Part shown: piece after piece, positions 16,266 through 24,266 of the stretch
Layout of the letters: the number at the start of each line of letters is the position of its first letter
Numbering within the stretch: the first letter of the stretch is position 1
From: a virus
Taxonomy: Duplodnaviria; Caudoviricetes
Virus record (IMG/VR): IMGVR_UViG_3300034171_000077
Span: 1-31,532 of that record
Strand: one strand, 5' to 3'
DNA: 31,532 bases
Translations under genes and position numbers: made by a program
The notes under the pieces: model-generated
Told to the model about the DNA's origin: nothing
What the model saw: the letters and a program-made list of their open reading frames with translations, nothing else
Database searches by the model: none

Positions 16266-17830
16266 CAGTCATCCCCTGTGTTTCCAAGGCCCCGGGCCTT
16301 GAACGTACTGGCGGCCAGCCGGCGCACCAGCTCAGACTCGTCCATCTCTGCCAGCACCTCGCTCAGCTGTGCCAAAAAGTCCGCCTCGTTACCGCCTTCA
16401 TCGGCCACCCGGCGCGCCAGGCGTTCAATGGGGTCAACAATGGGTGCGAGCTGCACCTGCCACTCGTCTTCCTCTTCGGCGATTTTATCAAAGCCGGGCT
16501 CGCGCTCATCAATCACCGACTCGCGATTCTGCGCGCTGCTCAAAGAACGGTTGGCCGCTGGCGCAAAGCCGGGCTCGGGCGCCGGCGCCTGCAGCAGGTG
16601 CGCGCCTTTTTCGGGGTCGGGCAAGCCCAGTTTGTCAGAGATCACCGAGCTTTCCACCTTCAGACCCATCGGCACCAGATCGCGCAGCGCGGTCACTAAC
16701 TGCGCCACGTTTTCCGGCTCTGGAATGCTCACCCGAATGGTGGGGTACCGGCGCTGCACGCCGTAGTTCAAATCCACAAACGGCCGCACCAGGTCACGCG
16801 CCAGCGTGTGGGCCAGGTGGCGAGCGTCGGCGCGCTGAATGTCTTCGCGCACGTCGTTGTGTACGGTCGCCTGTGACTGGCTGGAGCCGTCATCGGCGGT
16901 CATGGTCTGCCCAAGCACGGCCTTGCTGGTTTGCTTGTCAATCCACTCGGCCAGCCCGCGGAACAGCTCAGCGCCGCCGGCGGTGTTGGCGATTTCCTGG
17001 AACTCGATCTTCATGCCTTCGGGCAGGATGGCCGCCGCATCCGAGCCCAGATTGGCGACGGCCGCGCGCAGAATGTCCACTTCATCCGGCTTGGCGTTGC
17101 TGTTATAACGGCCCAGGCGCAGCGGCATGCCGAACACTTCGGCAAACGCCAGCCAGTCGGTCAGGGTGTAGCTCTTGGCCATGTAGCTTACGGCCACCAA
17201 TCGGGCTAACCCGCCTCGCAGCGGCACGCCAGACTTCAGGCGCGGGCTGTGCACAATGAATTTGTAGGGTGCCAGGCGCACACCCTCCGCCACGTTGAGC
17301 GGGTCAATCAGGCGCAGCTCGCGGCCGGTGGCTTGATCGAAACGGAAGAATCGCGGGTCTCGCCAGATGTATTCCTGTGGCCACCACTGCCGGTCACGGG
17401 TTTGCCACATGATTTCCGCCACGGAATAGCCCTTGCCCAGGGCGTCCAGCAGGTCTTCAACCAATGTCCCGAACGCCGCATCGTTTACCAAATCACGCAC
17501 GGCATCGGCCAGGCGCACGTCTTCCGCATCGTCAGAGGCCGATTCCACCACCACGCCCAGCCCGCTGATGGCGCGCTTACGGGTACCCAGCACCGAGGCG
17601 TAATGGGGCTCGCGCTCTTCCATTTCCTCGGCCAGCGTTAAATAGTCGTGGCCTTCGTTGTTTTCAGCGGCGCGCAGAATGCTGCCCAGGCGGTCGGGCG
17701 TCAGATGGCTGGCAATGCCGTTGTGCCAAACCTGACGCACGCCGGTCAGCGATGGCGCGGCCAGCTCCTGCTTGAGTTCGGCCTTCCTGATCGGGCGGCC
17801 GCTTGCGTCCACAATGGGTGAGTCGGCCAT
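16265..17830 (-). CDS. Portal protein (Mu gp29, DUF935)
   Basis: LAEEMEEREPHY.SVL.TRK, DALGKGYSV.EI.W, FAEVFGMPLR.G.Y, SKAVLGQT.T, VHN.VR.DI. Confidence 0.94.
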   Translation of the reverse strand: MADSPIVDASGRPIRKAELKQELAAPSLTGVRQVWHNGIASHLTPDRLGSILRAAENNEGHDYLTLAEEMEEREPHYASVLGTRKRAISGLGVVVESASDDAEDVRLADAVRDLVNDAAFGTLVEDLLDALGKGYSVAEIMWQTRDRQWWPQEYIWRDPRFFRFDQATGRELRLIDPLNVAEGVRLAPYKFIVHSPRLKSGVPLRGGLARLVAVSYMAKSYTLTDWLAFAEVFGMPLRLGRYNSNAKPDEVDILRAAVANLGSDAAAILPEGMKIEFQEIANTAGGAELFRGLAEWIDKQTSKAVLGQTMTADDGSSQSQATVHNDVREDIQRADARHLAHTLARDLVRPFVDLNYGVQRRYPTIRVSIPEPENVAQLVTALRDLVPMGLKVESSVISDKLGLPDPEKGAHLLQAPAPEPGFAPAANRSLSSAQNRESVIDEREPGFDKIAEEEDEWQVQLAPIVDPIERLARRVADEGGNEADFLAQLSEVLAEMDESELVRRLAASTFKARGLGNTGDD

Positions 17831-19344
17831 TACAGCAATCCTCCTCGGTTACGAAAGCCTGCGGTGGCGCGCACCGGGCGGTGTTGGTTTTGGTCGGGGC
17901 CGGAGCGAATGGCTTCGTAGCCGTATTCCAGCGCACCCTGCTGGCAGCTGGCGTAGTAGGCCAGCGCCAGCGCAATGGCGGAGTCGCCGTGTCGGTTTTT
18001 ATCACTGCCGGTTTTTGCATCAGGCAGCTTGGGAATGCCCTTGATCACTTGCAGGGCGCGCAAGTCGTCCAGTACGTCGCTGTCACGGGGGATTTCAATG
18101 CCGTCGTCTTCGAAGGCGGCCTTGAACTTCGGCATGTTCTCCAGATACCAGCCCTGCGACAGCATCACAGCCTCAACCCGCCCCGAGCCGTATTCGTACT
18201 GCGCCTGCTCAGCCAGGTACTGGCCGTTGCCGCGGGCGTCCAGGGCGCCGAACTGCAGGCCGGGCAAGCGGTCAACGATGTAGTACAGCACCTGCTCTTG
18301 TTGCTTGAACGGCATGTTGCGCAGCTCAACAAGAAACGGCACCCGGCGCACCAGCTGCTGGGTAATGGCCATGGGCGCAATCACGGTAAGGTCGCCGCTG
18401 CGCCCGAAATCCTCACCAAAGCAATGGCGGCCATCGGGGTCTAGCGCCGTCAGCAGCGGCAGCAGCTCGCTTTCGCACCAGTCGCGCACCTCGGCCGCAC
18501 GCAAATGCTCCGGCCAGGCGTTGAACTCAGCCGTGCCTTCGTACCGCACCACCGGCGCATCCACCATGCGCGCCTCGATCAAGGCGCGGGATATGTACGC
18601 CCCACCGCCGGATTTCGGCACGCAGTAGTATTCTTCCAGGGCGTCTTCGCGGGTGGCGGTGTCGCTGAGCAGGTTGTCTTTCCACTGCTTTTCAGCGTCT
18701 GGGGTCCACACTTTGCCGCGCACCTGGCAGATGCGCTGGTACAGGCCCTGCTCGCACGCGTCATCCAGCGTTAGCCGATGCACGCTATAACGCTTTTTAC
18801 CGGCCCGGCTGTCTTGAATCAGGCCGTTGAACACGTTTTCGGCCCCGTTGTGGGTGCTGATAAGGCGCACTTTTGCGCCCCACATGGTCAGCGCCAGCGC
18901 CGCCTTCAGCACTTCGGCAAGCTCCGCATGGAAAGCCGCTTCGTCAATCGTTACGTTGCCCTGCCGCCCGCGCAAGTTGGTGGGCCGGCTCGACAGCGCC
19001 TGAATCTTGAAACCACTGGAGAAGCGAATATTGAACGTGAGGATGTCTTTGTCTTCGTCGCTGAACACTTCTTCGGACACCGACGAGGCGGCCCGGTCAA
19101 ACGCTCGCGCCCACATGGCGCAGGCGTCAATGAATTCGATGGCCATCTCTTTGTTGGAGCCAACGTAGAAATGATTGGTACCGCCGGCGGCCTTGGAGGC
19201 GCTGGCTGTCAGTACTGCGTCTGCGGCTTCGCCCCAGGTAAGGCCGGTTCGCCGGCTCTTCTCGGCAATCTTGAGTTCTGAATCGTCTTCAATCCAGGCT
19301 TTCTGGTACGGCAGCAGGACGGAGTCTGGCAGTGGCGAAGTCAT
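17830..19344 (-). CDS. Terminase large subunit (Mu gp28)
   Basis: LLPYQ..W, EKSRRTGLTW (Walker A variant), IDEAAF (Walker B), ISTHNG, GEDFGRSGD, HGDSAIA. Confidence 0.95.
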   Translation of the reverse strand: MTSPLPDSVLLPYQKAWIEDDSELKIAEKSRRTGLTWGEAADAVLTASASKAAGGTNHFYVGSNKEMAIEFIDACAMWARAFDRAASSVSEEVFSDEDKDILTFNIRFSSGFKIQALSSRPTNLRGRQGNVTIDEAAFHAELAEVLKAALALTMWGAKVRLISTHNGAENVFNGLIQDSRAGKKRYSVHRLTLDDACEQGLYQRICQVRGKVWTPDAEKQWKDNLLSDTATREDALEEYYCVPKSGGGAYISRALIEARMVDAPVVRYEGTAEFNAWPEHLRAAEVRDWCESELLPLLTALDPDGRHCFGEDFGRSGDLTVIAPMAITQQLVRRVPFLVELRNMPFKQQEQVLYYIVDRLPGLQFGALDARGNGQYLAEQAQYEYGSGRVEAVMLSQGWYLENMPKFKAAFEDDGIEIPRDSDVLDDLRALQVIKGIPKLPDAKTGSDKNRHGDSAIALALAYYASCQQGALEYGYEAIRSGPDQNQHRPVRATAGFRNRGGLL

Positions 19345-19442
19345 TTGTTCAGGAACCCCCGAACGAATGCCGCGATAACAATAGCGGTACCAAGGGTATC
19401 AGCAGCGTCCACAATCGCCTGGGCCACGGTCAACTCTTCCAT
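19341..19442 (-). CDS. 33-aa hydrophobic small protein between terS and terL
   Basis: MEELTVAQAIVDAADTLGTAIVIAAFVRGFLNK*. The start overlaps the terS stop (TGATG) and the stop overlaps the terL start (ATGA). Confidence 0.7.
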   Translation of the reverse strand: MEELTVAQAIVDAADTLGTAIVIAAFVRGFLNK

Positions 19443-19990
19443 CAGGCAATCCCCAGAATGTCACGCTTGATGGCGTCAATGGATTCGCGGGTCATGCCTT
19501 GGCTGGCCATGCTGGTTTCCGCCGCCTCGGCCGCTTCTTTCGCCACTTCCTGGCGCAGCTCGCGCGCCCACTTTTTTTGACCCAGGGAAACCCGGCCAAT
19601 GTCCGCCAGAGCCCGGGTGACGCTGCTCAGGTGTTTGGCCGCCACCTCGGGTTCGTGTTCGGCCTTGCGCATGGCAATGGTGATGCGCAGCAGCTGGTCT
19701 TGCACAATGCGCGCCGTGGCGTCTATCAGGTGGCCACTCTCGTCGTCGTTTTCGGCGGTCATGGCGCGGGCCATCTCAGTGGTTTTGCGCACATCGCCCA
19801 TGGCCTCGTCAAACTCTTCCTGCAGGGCTGCGCCATAGCGATGCACCGCCGAGCGCGACAGCTTGAAGCCGTTGCCAAGCAGCCAGTCTGTCAGGCCCTG
19901 GTAATCCTGAAAGCCACTGCTAACCAGCTTTTGGTTCAGCTCGTCGCGCAGCTCCTGGGGCAGCTCGTAAACTTTTGAGCGCGGTGGCAT
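19442..19990 (-). CDS. Terminase small subunit (Mu gp27, DUF3486)
   Basis: RSKV..LP.E.R..L, LSRSAVHRYG, C-terminal IKRDILGIA. Confidence 0.9.
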   Translation of the reverse strand: MPPRSKVYELPQELRDELNQKLVSSGFQDYQGLTDWLLGNGFKLSRSAVHRYGAALQEEFDEAMGDVRKTTEMARAMTAENDDESGHLIDATARIVQDQLLRITIAMRKAEHEPEVAAKHLSSVTRALADIGRVSLGQKKWARELRQEVAKEAAEAAETSMASQGMTRESIDAIKRDILGIA

Positions 19991-19993
19991 GGC

Positions 19994-20293
19994 TCACACT
20001 CCCGGCAGCGGTGTAGCAATGCCAGGCACTCGGGCGCGGCCGTCTGCCACGTCGCTGCCGCGGCTGGTCAAGGTAATAATCCAGCCGGCGCGTGGCTGCT
20101 GGCACACTACCAGACCTTGCTCTTCAAGCCAGGCAATATCGCTGTGCAGCAAGTCTTTGCTGACATGATGGCCGTAGTTACCGGCCAGCTCATCGCTTAG
20201 GCTGTATTCGTTGGCGGTGTACAGGTTGCGGCGCGCCAGAATGCGCAGCGCGGCCAGGCGGCGGCCAGCGGTTTGGTAATCCTCAAAGCTCAT
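19994..20293 (-). CDS. Mu gp26-like winged-helix protein
   Basis: RL..LR.L, WLEEQGLV, LTSRG.DVA.GRA.VPG. Confidence 0.85.
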   Translation of the reverse strand: MSFEDYQTAGRRLAALRILARRNLYTANEYSLSDELAGNYGHHVSKDLLHSDIAWLEEQGLVVCQQPRAGWIITLTSRGSDVADGRARVPGIATPLPGV

Positions 20294-20673
20294 CGTCTGT
20301 TCCCTTTGTTGTTGAGCAGGTAATCGTTCACCAGCGACAGCTGTTGCGACAGCGCGCTCATTTGCCCGCGCGCGCCAGACAGGCTTTCGGCCACGTCGTT
20401 CAGGCGCTCGTAAACCTTGGACAAGTCCTGGTGGGTGGGCGCTGAGTCGAGCTTGGTTTCAAACACATCTTGCCGGCGCTCGGTGCGGGATATGCGATCC
20501 TGCAGGTGCCCGCACGTTGTCTCCAGGTCGCCGCGAACAGCGTTGATGGCGTTGGCGTTCACCTTGGATTTGTTGGCCATGTGGGTGTAAACAAACAGCC
20601 CCAGCAGGGCGATGGAATGCACCACACTGATCCAGAACTGAGCGGCCTTGTAGTCCAGCATTGGCAGATCCAT
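20290..20673 (-). CDS. Mu gp25 / DUF2730-like membrane protein
   Basis: N-terminal TM segment, coiled coil, PTHQDL motif. ATG 20673 overlaps the upstream stop. Confidence 0.7.
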   Translation of the reverse strand: MDLPMLDYKAAQFWISVVHSIALLGLFVYTHMANKSKVNANAINAVRGDLETTCGHLQDRISRTERRQDVFETKLDSAPTHQDLSKVYERLNDVAESLSGARGQMSALSQQLSLVNDYLLNNKGNRR

Positions 20674-20897
20674 CAGCGCCCCCGGCGGTCGTGGTCGGTT
20701 TGGCACTCCACGCAGCGTACGGCCTGCGGGTTAGCGTTTAATCGAGCAGCACCCATAAGCTCCCGGCAATCCAGACACAGGCGAACCCCGTTTATGTCCA
20801 GGGGTTTTTCAATTGGTCGATTGCGCACGGCTTGTATGGCTTCCGCTGTCCGGCGTTCTGTCAGTTCTCGGGCTTGATCGTGGTACCGCTCATCCAT
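20673..20897 (-). CDS. TraR/DksA-type C4 zinc-finger protein
   Basis: CLDC...I/M..ARL.A.P.A.RCVECQ; start MDERYHDQA at 20897. Confidence 0.85.
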   Translation of the reverse strand: MDERYHDQARELTERRTAEAIQAVRNRPIEKPLDINGVRLCLDCRELMGAARLNANPQAVRCVECQTDHDRRGR

Positions 20898-21468
20898 GGC
20901 GCTTACTCCCGAGCGATTCGGAGAGTTTGTCCAGCAGACCACGACCGTCCTGACCGGCATTCACTCGCTTATCCCGTGAGCGGGAGCTGATGTTGATACC
21001 GAGGATGGACAGGGCAATGCCCCACATCGGCGTGAGTGCGGTGACGGCGTTAATCAGGGCAGCGGCGTTTTCGGGGGAGCCCACCATAGCCCAGGCAATC
21101 GCGACCGACTGAATCAACCAGGTGAGCGCGACCATGTAGCCGAACGTGGGGCGCCAGCGCCGTACAAAGCCATCGTTGGCTGCGGCCTCGACACGCATGG
21201 TTTTGTTGATCTCGGTCAGCCGCGCGGTTTCAGACTCCAGCATCATGCGGGTCAGTTCGCGTTCGTGCTCTTTCTCCAGTTGCTGGAGCTTAAGCAAAGC
21301 CTGTGGGTCCGCCTTGATAGCAGCGCCCACGGCGTCAGGGGTATTCTCAGTGCCCAGAGCGGCTGCGATCAGCGTGCCGACGGCACCGCCAGCCGGCCCT
21401 AAAGCGCTGCCCAGCAGGGGTGCTGCCTTGCCAACTACTTCTTTGACTCCGTCCCAGCTCCAGTCCAT
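20890..21468 (-). CDS. Putative holin (GTA-type 3TM holin family)
   Basis: APLLG.ALG.., SxD.FVRRWRP.FGY-like motif, two TM segments, RS.DK; follows the endolysin. Confidence 0.75.
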   Translation of the reverse strand: MDWSWDGVKEVVGKAAPLLGSALGPAGGAVGTLIAAALGTENTPDAVGAAIKADPQALLKLQQLEKEHERELTRMMLESETARLTEINKTMRVEAAANDGFVRRWRPTFGYMVALTWLIQSVAIAWAMVGSPENAAALINAVTALTPMWGIALSILGINISSRSRDKRVNAGQDGRGLLDKLSESLGSKRHG

Positions 21469-21959
21469 TACCCAGCCCTCCGGAGCGCTTCGGGCATGGA
21501 ATGAATGCCGTAGAGGTAAGCGGTGCCCTTGGTGGTTTTAACCGCTGTCAGCAGTTGCTGGCGCGGCACCTCACCCTCGGGAGCAATGCCGACGTGCACC
21601 CATTGGCCGTACTCGTGAATAACCTGGTCGAAGGCGATACCGCTGCTTTCAAACCAGCGGGCCACTTCCAGCGGGCTGTGACCGCTGACGGCGATATCGG
21701 CGGCTAGCCCATGGACGTGGGCGCTGGTGTCGCTGCCGCCGATCTTCTGGTTCAGCAGCAGCGGACGGTAACCGGAGCTGATAAAGATAGGCCCCAGCGC
21801 TTCACGCGCAGGCTGCAGGGCCAGCTCGGCCAACAGTTTGAGATTACGGTACACCTCGCTGCAGGGCGTCACGCTCATGTCAATGTCATGACGCGCAGCG
21901 GTCTGCGAGCGGGTGAACTCGTCGAGGTAAAAATTATGAGAAATCTGGAGTCTTTTCAT
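21468..21959 (-). CDS. Endolysin, peptidase M15 family zinc peptidase
   Basis: S.NF.L.EF..S.TA, ISSGYR, S.H..G.AAD, FDQ.I.E, WVH. Confidence 0.88.
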   Translation of the reverse strand: MKRLQISHNFYLDEFTRSQTAARHDIDMSVTPCSEVYRNLKLLAELALQPAREALGPIFISSGYRPLLLNQKIGGSDTSAHVHGLAADIAVSGHSPLEVARWFESSGIAFDQVIHEYGQWVHVGIAPEGEVPRQQLLTAVKTTKGTAYLYGIHSMPEALRRAG

Positions 21960-22013
21960 GGCCGCAGGTTAGCGGCGGGGGCTTTACGTTCGTGGCATGA
22001 AAACGTTCAGGGG
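21960..22013 (-). promoter_or_regulatory. Late promoter for the lysis/packaging operon: CCCCTGAAC-N4-TCAT, 25 nt, -10 TAACCT, 6 nt, ATG
   Basis: Identical architecture to the site upstream of gene I. Confidence 0.72.
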
Positions 22014-22081
22014 GGTACTTGAGGTAAGGCGGGGAAAGCCAGCAAAGAATAGCTGGCGCCGGGTGCTATGACAAATGCAGC

Positions 22082-22105
22082 AAAGAAACAGGCGACAAAG
22101 CCGCC
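22082..22105 (-). terminator. Probable intrinsic terminator ending the early operon
   Basis: Minus strand GGCGGC-TTT-GTCGCC followed by TGTTTCTTT, 3 nt after the Mor-family stop. Confidence 0.5.
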
Positions 22106-22108
22106 GCA

Positions 22109-22504
22109 TTACGACTCGTTGAACAGATCCACCTGGCGCTCATCCGGCGTTGTGTCGGCGAGTATTTCCCACACCCGCCGCTCGGTCAGGTTGTAACACA
22201 GCGCAAGGCGACGAACGGAAATACCCATGTTGTGCTCCTCTCGCATCTGGCGGTTACGAAACGCTTTAGTGGCTGAGCTGGCGTTAGGTACGTCAAATCG
22301 TTCCAGGGCGTAGTGCTTCGAAAGCGCACGGGCCGCCTCAACTCCAAGCAACTCTACTAAAGCGTGTGTGTTTGGCATTTTCAGGGGCACCGTTAACCGG
22401 GTGCCGCCGTAGGCGCCTACCAGGCTTTTGGTGGCCTCCAGGCCGATCACATCGATCAGCTCTTTGAGCGAGGCAGGCAAGTAGTCTGTATCCCAGTTCG
22501 CCAT
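22109..22504 (-). CDS. Mor/C-family late transcription activator
   Basis: LP.SL.ELIDVIG....L...YGG..L.VP, RN..., LA..YNLTERRVWEIL; start placed at ATG 22504. Confidence 0.88.
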   Translation of the reverse strand: MANWDTDYLPASLKELIDVIGLEATKSLVGAYGGTRLTVPLKMPNTHALVELLGVEAARALSKHYALERFDVPNASSATKAFRNRQMREEHNMGISVRRLALCYNLTERRVWEILADTTPDERQVDLFNES

Positions 22505-22509
22505 CGTTA

Positions 22510-23022
22510 TCAGTCTCCGGCTGTGCGTTTTGTGGCGTATTTGCTGGTATCCACGCCCAGCTTCTCCATGTGCGCTTTCCACTTTCGGTTGGCTTCTTCC
22601 GGGGTTTCGTCTATGCCCTGTTTTTTAATCCAGCTGGTGGGGCGAGCCTCGGCTTCGGCAGAGGGTTTGTTGGCCGCTGGCGCCACGGTGGTCAGCACTT
22701 GCTTCAAGTAATTGTGATTTTTCAGCGGGTGGTTTTCGCCCCGCTGGCGCTTTTCGTGCAGTGTGCGCACGGTGTCTTGCAGGCCAGCAATCAGGCTGTC
22801 GCGGTCGGCAATGGCCAGGGTTTCCTGCGCCAGTTTCAGTGCGCGGGCGTTGCTTAGGTCGCTTTTCGCCGGGCGGAACAGGCCCAGGTATTGCACCAGT
22901 GGCCGGGCCAGTGGGCGACCCAGACCAGCCAGCAGGCCCAGCAGTTCGCTGCCGGCGTCGTCTTGTATCAGTGCTTCCAGCTGTATGTGGCTGTGGCACA
23001 CGGGGCAGCGGCCTAACTTCAT
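22510..23022 (-). CDS. Conserved Mu-like hypothetical protein with N-terminal CxxC
   Basis: MKLGRCPVCH, YLGLFRP.KS.L, PLKNHNYL. ATG overlaps the gemA stop (ATGA). Confidence 0.75.
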   Translation of the reverse strand: MKLGRCPVCHSHIQLEALIQDDAGSELLGLLAGLGRPLARPLVQYLGLFRPAKSDLSNARALKLAQETLAIADRDSLIAGLQDTVRTLHEKRQRGENHPLKNHNYLKQVLTTVAPAANKPSAEAEARPTSWIKKQGIDETPEEANRKWKAHMEKLGVDTSKYATKRTAGD

Positions 23023-23618
23023 GCCTGCTCCCCTTTGCGGTGTTCTGCCAGCCACTCATCCACGCTCATGTAGTGGCTGCACAGGGTTATTAATACTTTG
23101 CGGTTGCGGCGCCAGTTTTTGGGCAGGCTTATATTCCTTTTTTCCACATCATCCAGCGTTAGAGATTGCTCGGCCATAGCCTTCTCTAACGACTTCAGCA
23201 ACCGGCGCTTTTCCAGTTCCACGTCCAGGGCCGCAATTAAGCCGGTGAATTGCTCTACGCTCTTCAGCCAGGCCACACGCTCAACCTTGTATTGGCGCTT
23301 GGCGATGGCGTCGGCGTAGCTCCAGGGCGCTTTCAGTTCGGCCAACAGAGCCTCCACTTTTTGCAGCATGGGCTTGCTGTCCAGGTTGTGGGGCTTGCCT
23401 GGGTACTGGGCTACGCGCTTGCGGGCACGGGCCTTGAAGCCGTGGTCTTTCAGGCGCTGCACCACCTGGTAAAGCTCTGGCACGGTGCAATCCGCGCAGG
23501 AGCGCTTGCCGCCTGTTACCGTGGCAATCATCTGGCGGTAGGTGTCGTCATCCAGCGCCAGCTCTTTGCGGGCAATGTGGATCTGGGCGGTTACGCCGCG
23601 GCGGTTGTTGGGTTTCAT
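23019..23618 (-). CDS. gemA: GemA / Mu gp16 (DUF1018) protein
   Basis: IHIARKEL.LDDDTYR, GKRSC, GF, KVEALL....PW.YA. Confidence 0.88.
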   Translation of the reverse strand: MKPNNRRGVTAQIHIARKELALDDDTYRQMIATVTGGKRSCADCTVPELYQVVQRLKDHGFKARARKRVAQYPGKPHNLDSKPMLQKVEALLAELKAPWSYADAIAKRQYKVERVAWLKSVEQFTGLIAALDVELEKRRLLKSLEKAMAEQSLTLDDVEKRNISLPKNWRRNRKVLITLCSHYMSVDEWLAEHRKGEQA

Positions 23619-24028
23619 GCCTCGGCCGCCTCCGCTTCACGCTTGATTTCCAGATCTGGGAAGTGCTTTTTTAGGTGGGTAACGGCGGCAGACTCGGTGC
23701 CAAAATCCGGCACAAACGCAATCACTCTGGGCGTTACCATCCGGTCAGCGTGTGCCTTGCCAAAAATTCGCTTGAGCTTCGGATAGTCCTTTTTTTTGTA
23801 TAGGGCAGACTTCGCCGGTCGCCAAAAGCGGGCCTCGGGATGCACTGGCTTTTGATCTTCGACGGTGGTCCATTCGCCCTTTAAGTAGCCATCCACATAA
23901 ACGACCACATAGATCTTCTTGCCGTTGTTTACCTTGCGCAGCGACAGCTTGTAGCCGTCGGCTAGCAGCGTGATGCTGCCGCCCAGGTGCTTCAGGGCGT
24001 CTTTAATTTCTTGCCATTTATTCATCAT
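23615..24028 (-). CDS. Hypothetical early protein
   Basis: Coupled ORF in the early operon; basic; start probably ATG 24028 or 24025. Confidence 0.7.
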   Translation of the reverse strand: MMNKWQEIKDALKHLGGSITLLADGYKLSLRKVNNGKKIYVVVYVDGYLKGEWTTVEDQKPVHPEARFWRPAKSALYKKKDYPKLKRIFGKAHADRMVTPRVIAFVPDFGTESAAVTHLKKHFPDLEIKREAEAAEA

Positions 24029-24197
24029 CTGCCTTCTCCTCTGTTGGCGCTTCTTCGTAAGCAATCACTACTGCAACATCGTGATAGCTCGCCGCGACAA
24101 TCCCGCCGCTCATCATTGAAAACCCCAGCAGCCAGGCGAGAGCCACCAAGCCGAGCAAGCCGAATGCGTCTTCTGCTACCTTCTTCAATATTTTCAT
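24018..24197 (-). CDS. 59-aa membrane protein directly downstream of the hammerhead ribozyme
   Basis: GGAG RBS at 24203-24206; MKILKKVAEDAFGLLGLVALAWLLGFSMMSGG..., one TM segment and an acidic tail. Confidence 0.65.
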   Translation of the reverse strand: MKILKKVAEDAFGLLGLVALAWLLGFSMMSGGIVAASYHDVAVVIAYEEAPTEEKADDE

Positions 24198-24207
24198 TAA
24201 TTCTCCA

Positions 24208-24266
24208 GGTTGCTCATCAGTACCAGGCAACCACGCCTGGCAGACGCCCCAGCTGGGGCGTTTCGC
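24208..24266 (-). ncRNA. Type II hammerhead ribozyme with loop I pseudoknot
   Basis: GC-GAAA-CGCCCC-AGCU-GGGGCG-UC^-UGCCAGGC-GUGGUU-GCCUGGUA-CUGAUGA-GC-AACC. All core nucleotides are present, stems I, II and III pair, and GGUU/AACC can form a pseudoknot. Confidence 0.9.

Noticed and set aside
22038-22057. Second hairpin GCCAGC-N8-GCTGGC and repeated CAGCAAAGAA upstream of the lysis promoter
   Set aside because: Short stem with a weak U-tract; cannot be distinguished from chance or a backup terminator.
24198-24230. Track's upstream extension (start 24230) of the 24018 ORF
   Set aside because: It runs through the ribozyme core; the SD supports ATG 24197.
24246-24264. GC hairpin plus TTT read as a plain terminator
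   Set aside because: The T-run is short and on the non-coding strand; the hairpin is fully explained as hammerhead stem III plus GAAA.
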